Shown: positions 12,636-23,581 of the stretch, in pieces
How positions within the stretch are numbered: the first letter of the stretch is position 1
Layout of the letters: each line of letters opens with the position of its first letter
Source: an uncultured Verrucomicrobiae bacterium
GTDB taxonomy: Bacteria; Verrucomicrobiota; Verrucomicrobiia; Limisphaerales; JAFGQR01
Length of the DNA stretch: 64,000 nucleotides
Assembly (NCBI GenBank): GCA_963788655.1
Contig: CAWBHS010000049.1
Location: forward strand, 1 to 64,000
Direction of reading: 5' to 3'
Notes under the pieces: model-generated
The model's input: the letters and a program-made list of their open reading frames with translations, nothing else
The model's database searches: none
What the model was told of the DNA's origin: nothing
Made by a program: the position numbers and the translations under genes

Positions 12636-13104
12636 ATGAATGAAGGATTGATGCGCGAGGCCATCCGATTGGCCATGGCAACGATGGAGCAGGGGACGGG
12701 CGGCCCCTTCGGGGCGCTGGTGGTGCGGCGCGGGGAAATCGTCAGCCGGGGATGGAATCAAGTGACCTCCACCAACGACCCCACCGCTCACGCGGAAGTG
12801 ATGGCCATCCGCGAGGCGTGCCGGCGGTTGAACACCTTCCGTCTGGACGAGTGCGATCTTTACGCCAGTTGCGAACCGTGCCCGATGTGTCTCGGCGCCA
12901 TCTATTGGGCGCGACTTCGCCGCGTGTTTTACGGCGCCAGCAGCCGGGATGCGGCGGCGGCAGGATTTGACGATCAATTGATTTACCAGGAATTGGCTCA
13001 AGCCGCCCGAACGGCGGCGGTTGTCATTTACCCAGCTATTGCCGCAAGAGGCATTGGCGCCGTTTGCTGCCTGGCAAGCCAAAGCGGATCGGGTGCGGTA
13101 TTGA
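12636..13104 (+). CDS. guaD: Guanine/nucleoside deaminase of the CDA superfamily (frameshift near 13010)
   Basis: GGPFGA, NDPTAHAEV, SCEPCPMCLGAIYWAR, GFDD; C-terminal ...ADRVRY stop in the shifted frame. Confidence 0.85.
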
Positions 13105-13376
13105 TTTCGTTGGTGCCGCAAAGAACTCGGATATTGCGGGCGTCTCGCTGGCGGAAACAAATTCGGGAGCGGCAATTGAATCTTGATCCTTGCCTCGCCG
13201 CGTTTTTGGAAAACCTGGGAATTTCCAGGTCGGCGGAATTCTAACGGTAACGAGATTGGCCGTGCTGAGATTTAGAGAGCGAATCATCATTTTTTGAACA
13301 TTCTTCCCACCACGGTTGTCCATTAACTATTCCTACAGAAGTGACTACGTTTACTTGCAGTACGGAAGTAAACCCT

Positions 13377-13610
13377 ATGAGAGTGTTCAGATTATGTTTG
13401 TTGGCGACAGGATTGATTGTCTTCTTGATCCTGAGGTTTTTGTTGTCCGCCAACCCTGCCCCAACGGGCATTGATCCTTTGGCTCCCACCATCCCAAAGT
13501 CCGAACCCGCGCAGTCACCGAAGGAAGAGAAACCTTTCCCCCAAAACTCGAAAGCATCCGCCATGGTCCGGCTGGAATGGGTGGAGGACATCACGAACGG
13601 TTTGGGGTAA
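13377..13610 (+). CDS. Small hypothetical membrane/exported protein
   Basis: 77-aa ORF with a hydrophobic N-terminus; no recognisable family. Confidence 0.35.
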   Translation: MRVFRLCLLATGLIVFLILRFLLSANPAPTGIDPLAPTIPKSEPAQSPKEEKPFPQNSKASAMVRLEWVEDITNGLG

Positions 13611-13694
13611 CCGGTCCAGCCGCCTATTTCCTGACGACCCACTGGGGCAGAGAATTCTCCAAACCATACTTCACGCATTACCTCTCGGAGCATT

Positions 13695-13764
13695 GTGGCA
13701 GCGGACGTGAGGCCGCTCTGACTTTTTTCGAATTTAATTCGAGCGGACTCACGTCCGCTGCTAC
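13695..13764. repeat. GTAG-type REPIN
   Basis: gtggcagcggacgtgaggccgctc...gagcggactcacgtccgctgctac; an inverted copy with a related spacer lies at 15430-15499. Confidence 0.85.
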
Positions 13765-13897
13765 AACGCCATTGGCTGGGCAAAGCGGTTGGAGTCTAAT
13801 CCGCATTGGCCAACAAGCTGTTTTTCCGATTGAAGCATTTGTGCCCGCAGCCGGGATCCCAAAGAATTTTCTTGAACGGGATGCAATCCAGCCTTCA

Positions 13898-15193
13898 ATG
13901 GCCAACGACAAATCCTTGACCATGACATCTTCTGAAAACAGTTCCAACGAATCCCGTGTTCCTTCCTTGGCTTCGCGCTCGGTTGCGGTCGCGGGTACGG
14001 GCGCGATTGCCGCAGCACCGTTCGTGGCACGAGGCCAGGTGCTCGGTGCCAACGACAAGATCGGCGTGGGTTTCATCGGCGTGGGCGGGCGCGGCAGCGG
14101 CCACGTCAACATCGTCAAAAGCATGATGACTGCCGGCGAAAAGCTCCAAATCGTGGGCGTGTGCGACGCTTATGGTTTCCGCCGGGAAGAAGCGGCCCGC
14201 CAGACCGGCGGGAAGATTTACAAGAAACACACGGATCTGTTAGCGGACCCGAACGTGGATGTGGTGTGCATCGCCACGCCCGACCGCTTGCATATGCACC
14301 AGGCCATCGATGCCATTCGCGCGGGCAAGGATGTCTATTGCGAGAAGCCGATGGGCCACTGGTCGCAGTTCGAGTTGGCCAAGCAGTTTTACCGGGAAAC
14401 CCTCCAGCGGAAACGCATTGTGCAGATTGGGAACCAGGCTGGTTCCAGCAAGGCCTGGGACCAGGTGGGTGACCTGCTCAAGCAGGGCGTGGTCGGGCGT
14501 CCGCAACTGGTTGTGGCCGGCTTTTATCGCGACGGCGACTGGGGTGAGCGGATGCCGATTCCAGATCCCACCGCGCGGCCGGGGCCGGACTTGGATTGGG
14601 AAGCCTTCCTCGGAGATGCGCCCCAAGTGCCTTTCACCGTGGACCGTTTCTTCAGTTGGCGGAAATATCTCGACTATGCCGGCGGTCCCAGCACCGATCT
14701 TTTCCCGCATGTCTTCACACCGTTCGTGAGGCTCCTGGGTGTGAAATTTCCCAGCCTGGCGGTGGGAACGGGCGGCATTTTCGAATATGTCACCTACGAC
14801 CGTGAGGTGCCGGACACGTTCAACATGTCGCTCGATTACCCGGAGAAAGTGTCGGTGGTGCTATTCTGCACGCTCAGCAATGAGCATCCGACCGAGCCAT
14901 GCATCCGCGGTGACGAAGGGGCAATCACGCTGGTGACCGATTGGGGTAGCGGCGTGGACAGCGTGACCATCCACCCGCGCAAAGGCTCAGCCAAAACCAT
15001 ACCCATTGGTCGGAGCAACCTTACCCTTGATCATTGGCGCAATTTCATCCACTGCGTCCGCACGCGCGAGAAGCCCAACAGCGACGTCGAATTTGGTTTC
15101 CACGTCCAGACCGCCTTGAACATGGCCATGCTGAGTTATTTGCAAAAGAAGGTGGCCACGTTTGATTCCGCGAAAGAAACCATTGTCCTTTGA
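13898..15193 (+). CDS. Gfo/Idh/MocA family oxidoreductase, probably Tat-exported
   Basis: VLGANDKIGVGFIGVGGRG, IATPD, DVYCEKP, PDLDWEAFLG. tcccgtgttccttcctt would read SRRSFL with one extra base. Confidence 0.9.
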   Translation: MANDKSLTMTSSENSSNESRVPSLASRSVAVAGTGAIAAAPFVARGQVLGANDKIGVGFIGVGGRGSGHVNIVKSMMTAGEKLQIVGVCDAYGFRREEAARQTGGKIYKKHTDLLADPNVDVVCIATPDRLHMHQAIDAIRAGKDVYCEKPMGHWSQFELAKQFYRETLQRKRIVQIGNQAGSSKAWDQVGDLLKQGVVGRPQLVVAGFYRDGDWGERMPIPDPTARPGPDLDWEAFLGDAPQVPFTVDRFFSWRKYLDYAGGPSTDLFPHVFTPFVRLLGVKFPSLAVGTGGIFEYVTYDREVPDTFNMSLDYPEKVSVVLFCTLSNEHPTEPCIRGDEGAITLVTDWGSGVDSVTIHPRKGSAKTIPIGRSNLTLDHWRNFIHCVRTREKPNSDVEFGFHVQTALNMAMLSYLQKKVATFDSAKETIVL

Positions 15194-15270
15194 AGCCTGT
15201 ACCCGATATGAAACGAAGGTCCGCTTTCCAAACAGTCGAGAATTCCGACATCGCTAATTCCGATCAGACC

Positions 15271-16883
15271 ATGGCTACATCCAAACCTCTGCCGCATTCG
15301 CGGATCGGTTCCCCCTCCCCCCGGCCCTCTCCCCTGGGGAGAGGGAGTCAGTCACACCGCCCTCCGAAAAGTCGGGACGCTTCGAATTTGCCGGCCGATG
15401 GGCGCCCATTCTCTCTCCCTACGAACCGCGTAGCAGCGGACGTGAGTCCGCTCTATCCCAATTCGAAAAAAGTCAGAGCGGACTCACGTCCACTGCTACA
15501 GTGGTTCGGGGATTCAATCGACGAAAACTTTCGCTCCCTTGGGCAGAGGGTCGGGGTGAGGGGAAGTCCGGTCCAAAAAGACGAAGCAGCTACGGTTTCG
15601 TCGTCAACCCCAGCGGTCTTCCAATCCGCTCGTTCCGTCACCCGGCGCCAATTCCTGGGAACCACCGCCCGCGGAGCGGCATTGTTGGGCACGGCGTCCA
15701 CAGTGTTGATCTCGCGCACCAACGTAATCGGCGCCAACGAACGTCTGGGAGTGGGCTTCATCGGGGTGGGCGGCCGCGGCAGCAGCCATGTCAACGTGGT
15801 CAAGAGCATGATCGCGGGGGGCGATAAGCTCGACATCGTGGCCGTGTGTGACGCTTATGGGTTCCGCCGGCAAGAGACCGCGCGGCAGACCGGCGCGACG
15901 GTTTACACGAAGCACCGAGAGTTGCTCGCGGATCCGAAAGTGGATGTGGTCTGCATTGCCACGCCGGACCGGTTGCACGTTCCCCAGGCGCTCGATGCCA
16001 TTCGCGCGGGCAAGGATGTCTATTGCGAGAAGCCGATGGGCCACTGGTCGCAGTTTGCGCTGGCCAAGCAGTTCTACCAGGAAACGCTGGCGCTTAAACG
16101 TGTCGTCCAGATCGGTAACCAGGGCAATTCCAGCCGGGCGTGGGCGGTGGTCGCCGACCTCGTGGACAAGGGCTACATTGGCCGGCCGCAACACGTGCAA
16201 GTCGGCTATTTCCGTTATGGTGATTGGGGCGAGCGCATGCCCATTCCCGACAAGACCGCCAGAGCCCGGACCGGACCTGGATTGGGAAGCCTTCCTCGGC
16301 GACGCTCCCAAGGTGCCGTTCACCGTGGATCGTTTCTTCAGTTGGCGGAAGTATCTCGATTACGCAGGCGGCCCATGCACGGACCTGTTCCCGCACGTAT
16401 TCACCCCTATTGTGCATGTCCTGCGGCTCAAGTATCCGGCCCTGGTCGCAGCTTCCGGAGGCATTTTCAAATATGACACCTACGACCGCGAAGTGCCGGA
16501 CACCTTCAACATGCTGCTCGATTACCCGGAGAAGCTGTCGCTCACGGTCGTCTGCACGCTCGCTAACGACTATATGACCGAGCCGGCCATCCGCGGTGAC
16601 GAAGGCACCATCACCCTGCAAGGGACGCAATGGGAAACGGGCTTCGACAGCGTGACCGTGATTCCCAAGCGGGGCGAACAAGAAGATCCTGCGCGGGGAT
16701 AAAAGCAATTCCACGTTGGCCCATTGGCGGAATTTCATCGAGTGCGTGCGCACGCGCCAAAAACCGGTCAGCGATGTCTCGTTCGGACTGCACGTGCAGG
16801 CGGCCATGTGCATGGCCATGCTGGGATTTATTAATCGCAAAATCCCCACGTTCGATTGCGAAAAGGAAGAAATCATCCTCTGA
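15271..16883 (+). CDS. Gfo/Idh/MocA family oxidoreductase paralog 2, Tat signal (start uncertain, frameshifted)
   Basis: TRRQFLG twin-arginine motif, GVGFIGVGGRG, DVYCEKP; closely similar to the upstream paralog; stop at 16881-16883. Confidence 0.85.
15309..15565. repeat. Composite repeat: CCCTC-type REP doublet with a nested GTAG REPIN (15430-15499)
   Basis: ccccctccccccggccctctcccctggggagaggg ... gtagcagcggacgtgagtccgctc ... gagcggactcacgtccactgctac ... cccttgggcagagggtcggggtgagggg. Confidence 0.75.
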
Positions 16884-16929
16884 GTTCCGCGGCCACCATT
16901 CCCCGAAAAGCTGTTCACCAAGATTCAAA

Positions 16930-18966
16930 ATGAAGCTCCATCAATCTTCGATCAAATCCCTTGCCGTTTTTGGCCTGTTCTTGGCGTTCGTAAACCCGAG
17001 CCTTCGCTGCGCGGCTGCTGTCCCCAACCTGCTGACCAATGCCGCGACTTACGGATTTCCCGAATTCTTGAGCACGGTCAACCGCAGTTCCAAAGGCTGG
17101 ATATTTGCCCCGCCCGTCGTGGGATTGGATTACGTCAAACTCAACGGGGTGCTGCTCACCGGTAACCCCGCCACCAACGATCCTACGTCCGGCCTGACCT
17201 TCACTTCGCCGGCTGTCCCCTACGTCATACGGAAATTGGATTGGGCCAAGGCGGACCAACGTCCGGCGCGCAACGGCATCTGTCGGGGTGGCATTCACGG
17301 TAATCGCCAGGCGTTTGCCCTCAACCTGGCGGCCAATCCGGGGCACACTTACCTACTGGAAGTCCTCGCCCTGGACGCCTTCGCGCCAAAACGTTCGATG
17401 ACTGTGCGCGTGGACAGCCAGACGGTGATCAAGAGCTGGACCATCACGGCGGGAGAAGCCCACAACCGCGTGCTCCGCGTTCAGGTGGTGGCGGATCGCG
17501 ACGGCATTGGCCTCCAATTTGCGCCCGGCTCCGTGCCCGACACCGACCCCAATCCGGCCATCACCGCCGTAGCGCTCACCGACCTTACCGAAGGGGTGTG
17601 GCAATACGACGACACCTTTGGACAAATCCCGCTCGGCCTGGTCAACATCGCCGCGACGGGCGCGGCCAGCAGTCCGGACAACCTGGAGCAGGATGGCGAT
17701 GGGCGCGGCGATCAGGCCGCCATCGACGGTGACTCGGGCACCTATTGGGACGAGCAAGATCAGGCAAAACTGTATCGGTTAATGGTCACCTTCAAACAAC
17801 CGGAGACCATCGCCGCCGTGGGTATCCAGGGCTGGGCGCAACATCAGTTCGCGCCGAAGGATTTCGAGGTGCTCGCTGATGGGAACGTGATCAAGAAGGT
17901 CGAAAACGCGCGCTATCAGGACAACCTGCTGTTCCTGCCGATCACGGAAACTGCCTGCCGCACTGTGGAACTGAAGATCACCGGTTACTACGGCGGTTCC
18001 CCCGCCATCCGCGAACTCGGGTTATTTCGGCGAATTGCCGCGCCCATGGCAGTCGATCTCTCCCCGTCCGCCACGACTCCCGCCCCGGGGCTGTCCGCGG
18101 AGACATTCGACGACTCGGAGTGCGTGCTGGAATTCAAAGGTCAACCGGTTTGCGTTTATGCCTACGGGAAGGAGCAGTGGAAACCTTATGTCCGGGAACT
18201 CCACACTTTGCGTGGCGACAATATTTTTCGCGATTCGCCGTTCGACCACAAACATCACCATGCGTTGATGTATGGCATCAAGGTCAACGGGGTGAATTTC
18301 TGGGAGGAAGTGGCCGGCAGCGGCGTCGAGAAGCCGGTGCAGACAATCCCGTTTGCTTGCGGTCAGGATTCCTCGGGTCATCCCCAAGCGGTTTTGCGCC
18401 AAACCCTCCATTGGCTCACTCGTGAAGACGCCGCGCGTTCCGATTCAGCGGCGGCGGCGTTGTTGATCGAGCAGCGCACCGTCACGGTGACGGTCAATGA
18501 ACCGGAGCAAGAAGTCGCGCTCCACTGGCAATCCAAGTTCGAAGTGGGACCGAAGACCAATCAAGTGACCCTCACCGGGGCGAACTATCATGGCTTCGGC
18601 ATGCGTTTTCTCGAAACGCTCGATGCGTTCGCGCGCCATCTGAATTCGGGCGGCGCGCCTGATTTGAGTGGCACCCAACAGGATGTGTCCCGGCACGAGT
18701 GGGGATCGGTTTCGTTCCCGGTGCCGGACCGGCCCGCGACCCTCGTTCTCTTTGGCCATCCGGACAATGCTCAAGGCGACTGGTTCTTCACCATGCAGCG
18801 TCCGTTCGCCTATCTTTCGGTCACGCAGCATCTCGACGAGGAAGCGCTTGTCTATCACCGGGGCGACAAGTTTCAGTTGAACTACCTGGTCACGCTGTAT
18901 CCCCAATTGAAGACGCCGCAGGCCATCAAGCAACGGGCGCAGGAGTGGCGAACGGCTAATTTCTAG
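16930..18966 (+). CDS. Secreted protein with carbohydrate-binding-like and F5/8 type C (discoidin) domains and a C-terminal DUF6807/PmoA-family domain
   Basis: Signal peptide; NIAATGAASS...AIDGDSGTYW...IRELGLF (discoidin); KPYVRELHT...DHKHHHALMYG...NFWEE and YHGFGMR (DUF6807-like). Confidence 0.7.
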   Translation: MKLHQSSIKSLAVFGLFLAFVNPSLRCAAAVPNLLTNAATYGFPEFLSTVNRSSKGWIFAPPVVGLDYVKLNGVLLTGNPATNDPTSGLTFTSPAVPYVIRKLDWAKADQRPARNGICRGGIHGNRQAFALNLAANPGHTYLLEVLALDAFAPKRSMTVRVDSQTVIKSWTITAGEAHNRVLRVQVVADRDGIGLQFAPGSVPDTDPNPAITAVALTDLTEGVWQYDDTFGQIPLGLVNIAATGAASSPDNLEQDGDGRGDQAAIDGDSGTYWDEQDQAKLYRLMVTFKQPETIAAVGIQGWAQHQFAPKDFEVLADGNVIKKVENARYQDNLLFLPITETACRTVELKITGYYGGSPAIRELGLFRRIAAPMAVDLSPSATTPAPGLSAETFDDSECVLEFKGQPVCVYAYGKEQWKPYVRELHTLRGDNIFRDSPFDHKHHHALMYGIKVNGVNFWEEVAGSGVEKPVQTIPFACGQDSSGHPQAVLRQTLHWLTREDAARSDSAAAALLIEQRTVTVTVNEPEQEVALHWQSKFEVGPKTNQVTLTGANYHGFGMRFLETLDAFARHLNSGGAPDLSGTQQDVSRHEWGSVSFPVPDRPATLVLFGHPDNAQGDWFFTMQRPFAYLSVTQHLDEEALVYHRGDKFQLNYLVTLYPQLKTPQAIKQRAQEWRTANF

Positions 18967-19003
18967 TTCGCGTCTTCGATTCGCGCGCGGTAATTCCGTT
19001 TGA

Positions 19004-19465
<462 letters not shown>

Positions 19466-19475
19466 ACAACGGTAC

Positions 19476-19515
19476 AAAAAAACCTCGGTACCCAGCGACC
19501 ACCACCGGGTACCGA
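19476..19515 (-). terminator. Intrinsic terminator of the 19559-20731 gene
   Basis: tcggtaccc/gggtaccga hairpin followed by a T7 tract on the minus strand. Confidence 0.7.
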
Positions 19516-19558
19516 TGACTTCGTTCTCGCCGGGTTACGGCGAGTTGGCGTGGGTCGG

Positions 19559-20731
19559 CTAGTCGCCGGCGCAATCGCACAGCACCTCGCCCCAGACCCA
19601 GTTGTCCTGCAGGTCCGGGCAGGTGTCATTCTCCATGCAGGTGAAACTGCCGAAAACGTAGTTGTTCCAGGCGAAGATTTCGTCCGCGCTATTCTGAACG
19701 AGTTGGAAGTCTTCCCAGGCCCAGTTGCCTGAGACATCAAGATAGTCGCCGGTGTTCCCATTCACCTCGATATTGTAGCCAATGTAGTTGTTCCAGGCAT
19801 AGATGTCATCGGAAAGGTTGTTGAGGATTAGCAAATCGCCCATCGCCCAGTTGTCCGAGGCGTCGGTGTAGTACACATCGTTCTCTTCCACCCACAGATC
19901 GCCGCCCCCGTCGTTCTCCTGGACGTACAAATAGGCGGAAATGTTGTTGTCGATGTAAAAGTCCTCCATGGTGCCATTGCCCGTGATGTCCACGTCCAGC
20001 GACCAGTTGTCTTCGGCCCAAACGTTGCCGGCCCAGTTGCCAGTGACTTCCAGAAAGGCTTCCAGGTAGTTGTCCGATACATCCAGATCCCACGCGGTGT
20101 TCAAGTCCACCATCAGGTCGTTGTCACCGTAGTTGTACCAGAACCAGAGATATTCCGCCACGTTCCTGCGGATCACGGTCTTGCCCAGGATCGCGGTGTC
20201 CTCGACTTCGATTTCAAAGGCGTCATTCTGGACGATCTGGACTTTCCCGGCCACGGCCGATTCCATCAGCCAGATTTCGTCGCGGATACGGTTGTTCCGG
20301 ATCTCGAGCTTGCCATGGAACTCCGCGCAATCGATGTCAATCCATTTGAGCTTGTTGTCCGTGATGGCCACATCGCCTCCGATGACGGTGCATGAAATCT
20401 CCACATTCCCTCCTGATGAATCGCTGATCTGCATGCCCCCCCGCACGGTGCCGTTTGCGAGGATGATCTTGGCCGCCCCCTCCGCCTGAATTTGCCCCTC
20501 CACGCGAGCACCGTCGGTAAAGAGCTTGCCGCCCTCGTGGACCGTGATGTCGCCGCGCACAAACGTTTCGTTTAAGGTCGCCTTGCCGTAAATAGTCACA
20601 TTGTCCAAGTTGTCCGTGGGGCCAAACGTGACGCTTTTGCCCGCCTTGACAACGGTGTCCGCGCTTAGGGCAGTAAGTCCGGAGAATGCCAGGAGGGTGA
20701 AGCTCGCCAGTAGTGTCTGAATAGTTTTCAT
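19559..20731 (-). CDS. Secreted, highly acidic beta-solenoid repeat protein
   Basis: RBS-like aagga, signal peptide MKTIQTLLASFTLLAFSGLTALSA, and alternating 10/11-aa repeats ending in Asn (e.g. DLDVSDN, FLEVTGN, DLWVEEN). Confidence 0.75.
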   Translation of the reverse strand: MKTIQTLLASFTLLAFSGLTALSADTVVKAGKSVTFGPTDNLDNVTIYGKATLNETFVRGDITVHEGGKLFTDGARVEGQIQAEGAAKIILANGTVRGGMQISDSSGGNVEISCTVIGGDVAITDNKLKWIDIDCAEFHGKLEIRNNRIRDEIWLMESAVAGKVQIVQNDAFEIEVEDTAILGKTVIRRNVAEYLWFWYNYGDNDLMVDLNTAWDLDVSDNYLEAFLEVTGNWAGNVWAEDNWSLDVDITGNGTMEDFYIDNNISAYLYVQENDGGGDLWVEENDVYYTDASDNWAMGDLLILNNLSDDIYAWNNYIGYNIEVNGNTGDYLDVSGNWAWEDFQLVQNSADEIFAWNNYVFGSFTCMENDTCPDLQDNWVWGEVLCDCAGD

Positions 20732-20992
20732 ATCCTTGTTCCAGTTGGTTGGTTTTTTTTGTCGGTTGCTATGGATCGTCCGTGTCGTTAATTTATTGAC
20801 GATGTTGCCAGCCCTCTTATCACAGTCGATCGGCTTAGGCAAGCTCTAAATCAGCAGGGCAAAACGGGTGGGGGCCGGAAGGATCCCGAAATGCAGTTGC
20901 ATTCCAACAGCCAGCAAGATGCGGGGCGCCGCTGACCGAGGAAAAAGGGTTGCAGGCGGCATCCATTTGCTCTAAGGTTGCTGCCCTGCGTT

Positions 20993-23132
20993 ATGAAAAG
21001 GAACACCCTAATCCTGGTGTGGATTCTCACCAGTTCGTGGCATGGCCACGCCCAACTCATCCTCGACGAACCCTTCGCCTATCCCGACGGCGCCCTGACC
21101 AATGTCTCGGGCGGCACCTGGACCAACCACCAGGGGGTGCTCGGTCCGGTCGTCGTGGTCAACGAACAGGCCAGCCTCGATGAAGCGGGCCGAGCGGACG
21201 TCAACCGCACCTTCGATGCCGTCGGGCTTACCAACGGCTGGCTCTACGCGAGTTTTGTCGTGGACTTCTCGACGCTGCCGGGCATGGGGGACGCCTATTT
21301 CTGGCACTTGAAGGATGCCGGCAATTTCGCCTTCCGGGCGAAGGTGTTTGCCACCCAGGCCGGCGCCGGCGCCAATTCCTTCCGCCTGGGCGTGGCCAAC
21401 GTGGTCAATGCCCCAACCTACGCGCCGGTTGACCTGGAACTCAACACGCCACATGCCGTCGTCGTGCGCTACGATGCCGCCGGTGAAGAACCGACCGTGC
21501 TATGGATCAATCCGGTGAATGAGGCCTCCACGGCGCGGCGCGCTGTCGCCACCGATTTGCACGACCCGGTGGCGGTCACTGCCGTCGCCCTGCGCCAAGC
21601 CCGCGACATCGGCCTCTTGACGGTGGACGATCTGAAAGTGGGCCTCCGTTTCGAAGACGTGTTCACCAGCGGCAATCCGGCGACCAATCCCCCGGCCATC
21701 TCGGTCGTTGCGGACCAATTCGTTCCGGTCAACGCCTCCACGCCCGAACTGCCCGTAACGGTGGAAGACCAGGAGTCTCCCGGCACCAACCTCGTGCTCA
21801 GCGCCGACTCCTCCAACTTGGCCTTGCTGCCGCTGTCAGGAATTCTCTTGGGTGGCTCGGACACCAACCGCACCGTCACCATTACCCCGGCCGCCGGCCA
21901 GGAAGGGGTTGGCGACGTTACCCTCACCGTGACCGATCCCGACGGCAATTCGGCCAGCCGAATTTTCACCGTCACGGTCGGCGCGCCCACCATTGCCGCG
22001 GTACTTGATTTCGCCACCCCCACCAATACGCCCCTCACCGGCATCCCGGTGGAAATTGGAGATGCCGAAGAAGAATCCGGCCACCCTCGAACTGACTGGC
22101 AGCTCGTCTGATCCGGTGCTCATTCCCGAAGACGGCATTTCCCTCGGTGGCGCCGGCGCACACCGCACCGTGGGACTGCAACCAGCGCCCGACCAGGCGG
22201 GCCGGGCCACCATCACGCTGACGGTCAGCGATGGCTACTCGACGCGCGCGACCGCGTTCACCGTGAAGGTGCATCCGCAGGAAGGAACCGTGCTGGCGGA
22301 ATCCTTTGATTATCCGGATGGACCGCTCGGCAGCAGCGGGGTATGGGTGCATCACAGCGGCGCCACCAACGAACTCGAAGTGGCCGACGGCCGCATCCAA
22401 CTCCTTTCAACGGGCACAGAGGACCTGCACGCTGAGTTGACAGGAGCCGGCGTGCCCTATCTGGGCGGCGGGTGGATTCTCTATGCGACGTTGCACGTGA
22501 CCGTGACCACGCTCCCGGACGAGGAAGACGGCGGTTACTTCGCGTATTTCAACGATCCGCTGACGGGAGGACAGGTGCGCGGGCGTCTTCTGGTCCTGAC
22601 CAACGACGCGGCGGAAGGCGCTTTTCGGTTTGCCGTGGCCAATGGCTCGGCGAGGTCAAGTGTCGTTCTCCCTCAAGATTGTGAACCAAACGTCGCGTAT
22701 CGATTGGTGGTCGGCTACGACGTGGACGCCGCCCAAACCACCCTCTGGATCAATCCAACCAGCCAGTTGGACTCCAGGGTTACGGCCACGGATGTCGTGG
22801 CAGCCGAGCCTATCCGTTCGTTCTCCTTCCACCAGCAAACCGGCATCGGCACGTTGAACGTGGATGACCTTGAAATTGGCACGGCTTTTCCCGCCATCGT
22901 GTCTGCGTTCGCGCTTCACCTCGAACTCATGGGACCGGGCGCGGCTCGCCTTCGCTGGCCGGTGGCTGCTACGGCCTCGGGTTACGTGCTCCAAAGCTCG
23001 GCGGCACTCACGGGCGGCTGGGTCGAACACCCGGATCAGGGCTCCACCGAAGGCTTCGATCGGGTGGTCGAACTCAACGACCCGTCAGGCAGTGCGTTCT
23101 TTCGTTTGTTCCGCACGCCCGTCGGGCGATAG
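20993..23132 (+). CDS. Secreted protein with two homologous beta-sandwich domains and Ig/cadherin-like repeats (frameshift near 22080)
   Basis: Signal peptide; duplicated E[PS]F[AD]YPDG...LWINP...VDDL domain; TNRTVTITPAAGQ and HRTVGLQPAPDQ repeats; C-terminal LRWP...LQSS...FFRL tail. Confidence 0.7.
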
Positions 23133-23413
23133 CTTCCCACCACGGACGGTCGGTCTGGAGGGGCATGGTCCCTTGGTGCGGGCTCATTCGACCGACACCA
23201 ATGTCAGATCATCAATCCACAATCCGGTAACGGGCCGGTCCCTGCTATTGGTAAGTTTTGGTCCTCTTCAGGCAGTTCACCAAGGGGTGCCGGCAACCTA
23301 ACTTTAAGCGCTGCGCGGTCCAATCCATGGTCTGCACCGTCCCGCGCCGCCGCCGCGCCGCGTGATGGCGAAAGCATTCACTTAAACCGCATCAACAGTT
23401 CACCATCACGTAT

Positions 23414-23540
23414 TAATGCGCGTGTTTGTAAAGGGGGGCCGCCGACGTGCGGAGGCGGATTCACCAGTGCCAAGTAGCCCCAAGGTCCACCGCCTAACGT
23501 CGGTGGCTACGGTTTTTCGGGCCTTCAAAACACACTCTTC
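23414..23540. repeat. MITE-like element enclosing a GTAG REP doublet
   Basis: Imperfect terminal IRs gcgtgtttgtaaagg / ccttcaaaacacac around gccgacgtgcggaggcgga ... ccgcctaacgtcggtggctac. Confidence 0.5.
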
Positions 23541-23581
23541 GCATCACCAGTGCAATCCGATCCGTGTTGAAGGTCTTCCGC

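Noticed and set aside
18100..18966. Methane monooxygenase, from the PmoA family name
   Set aside because: The domain is a soluble DUF6807-type module; no membrane pmoCAB genes are present.
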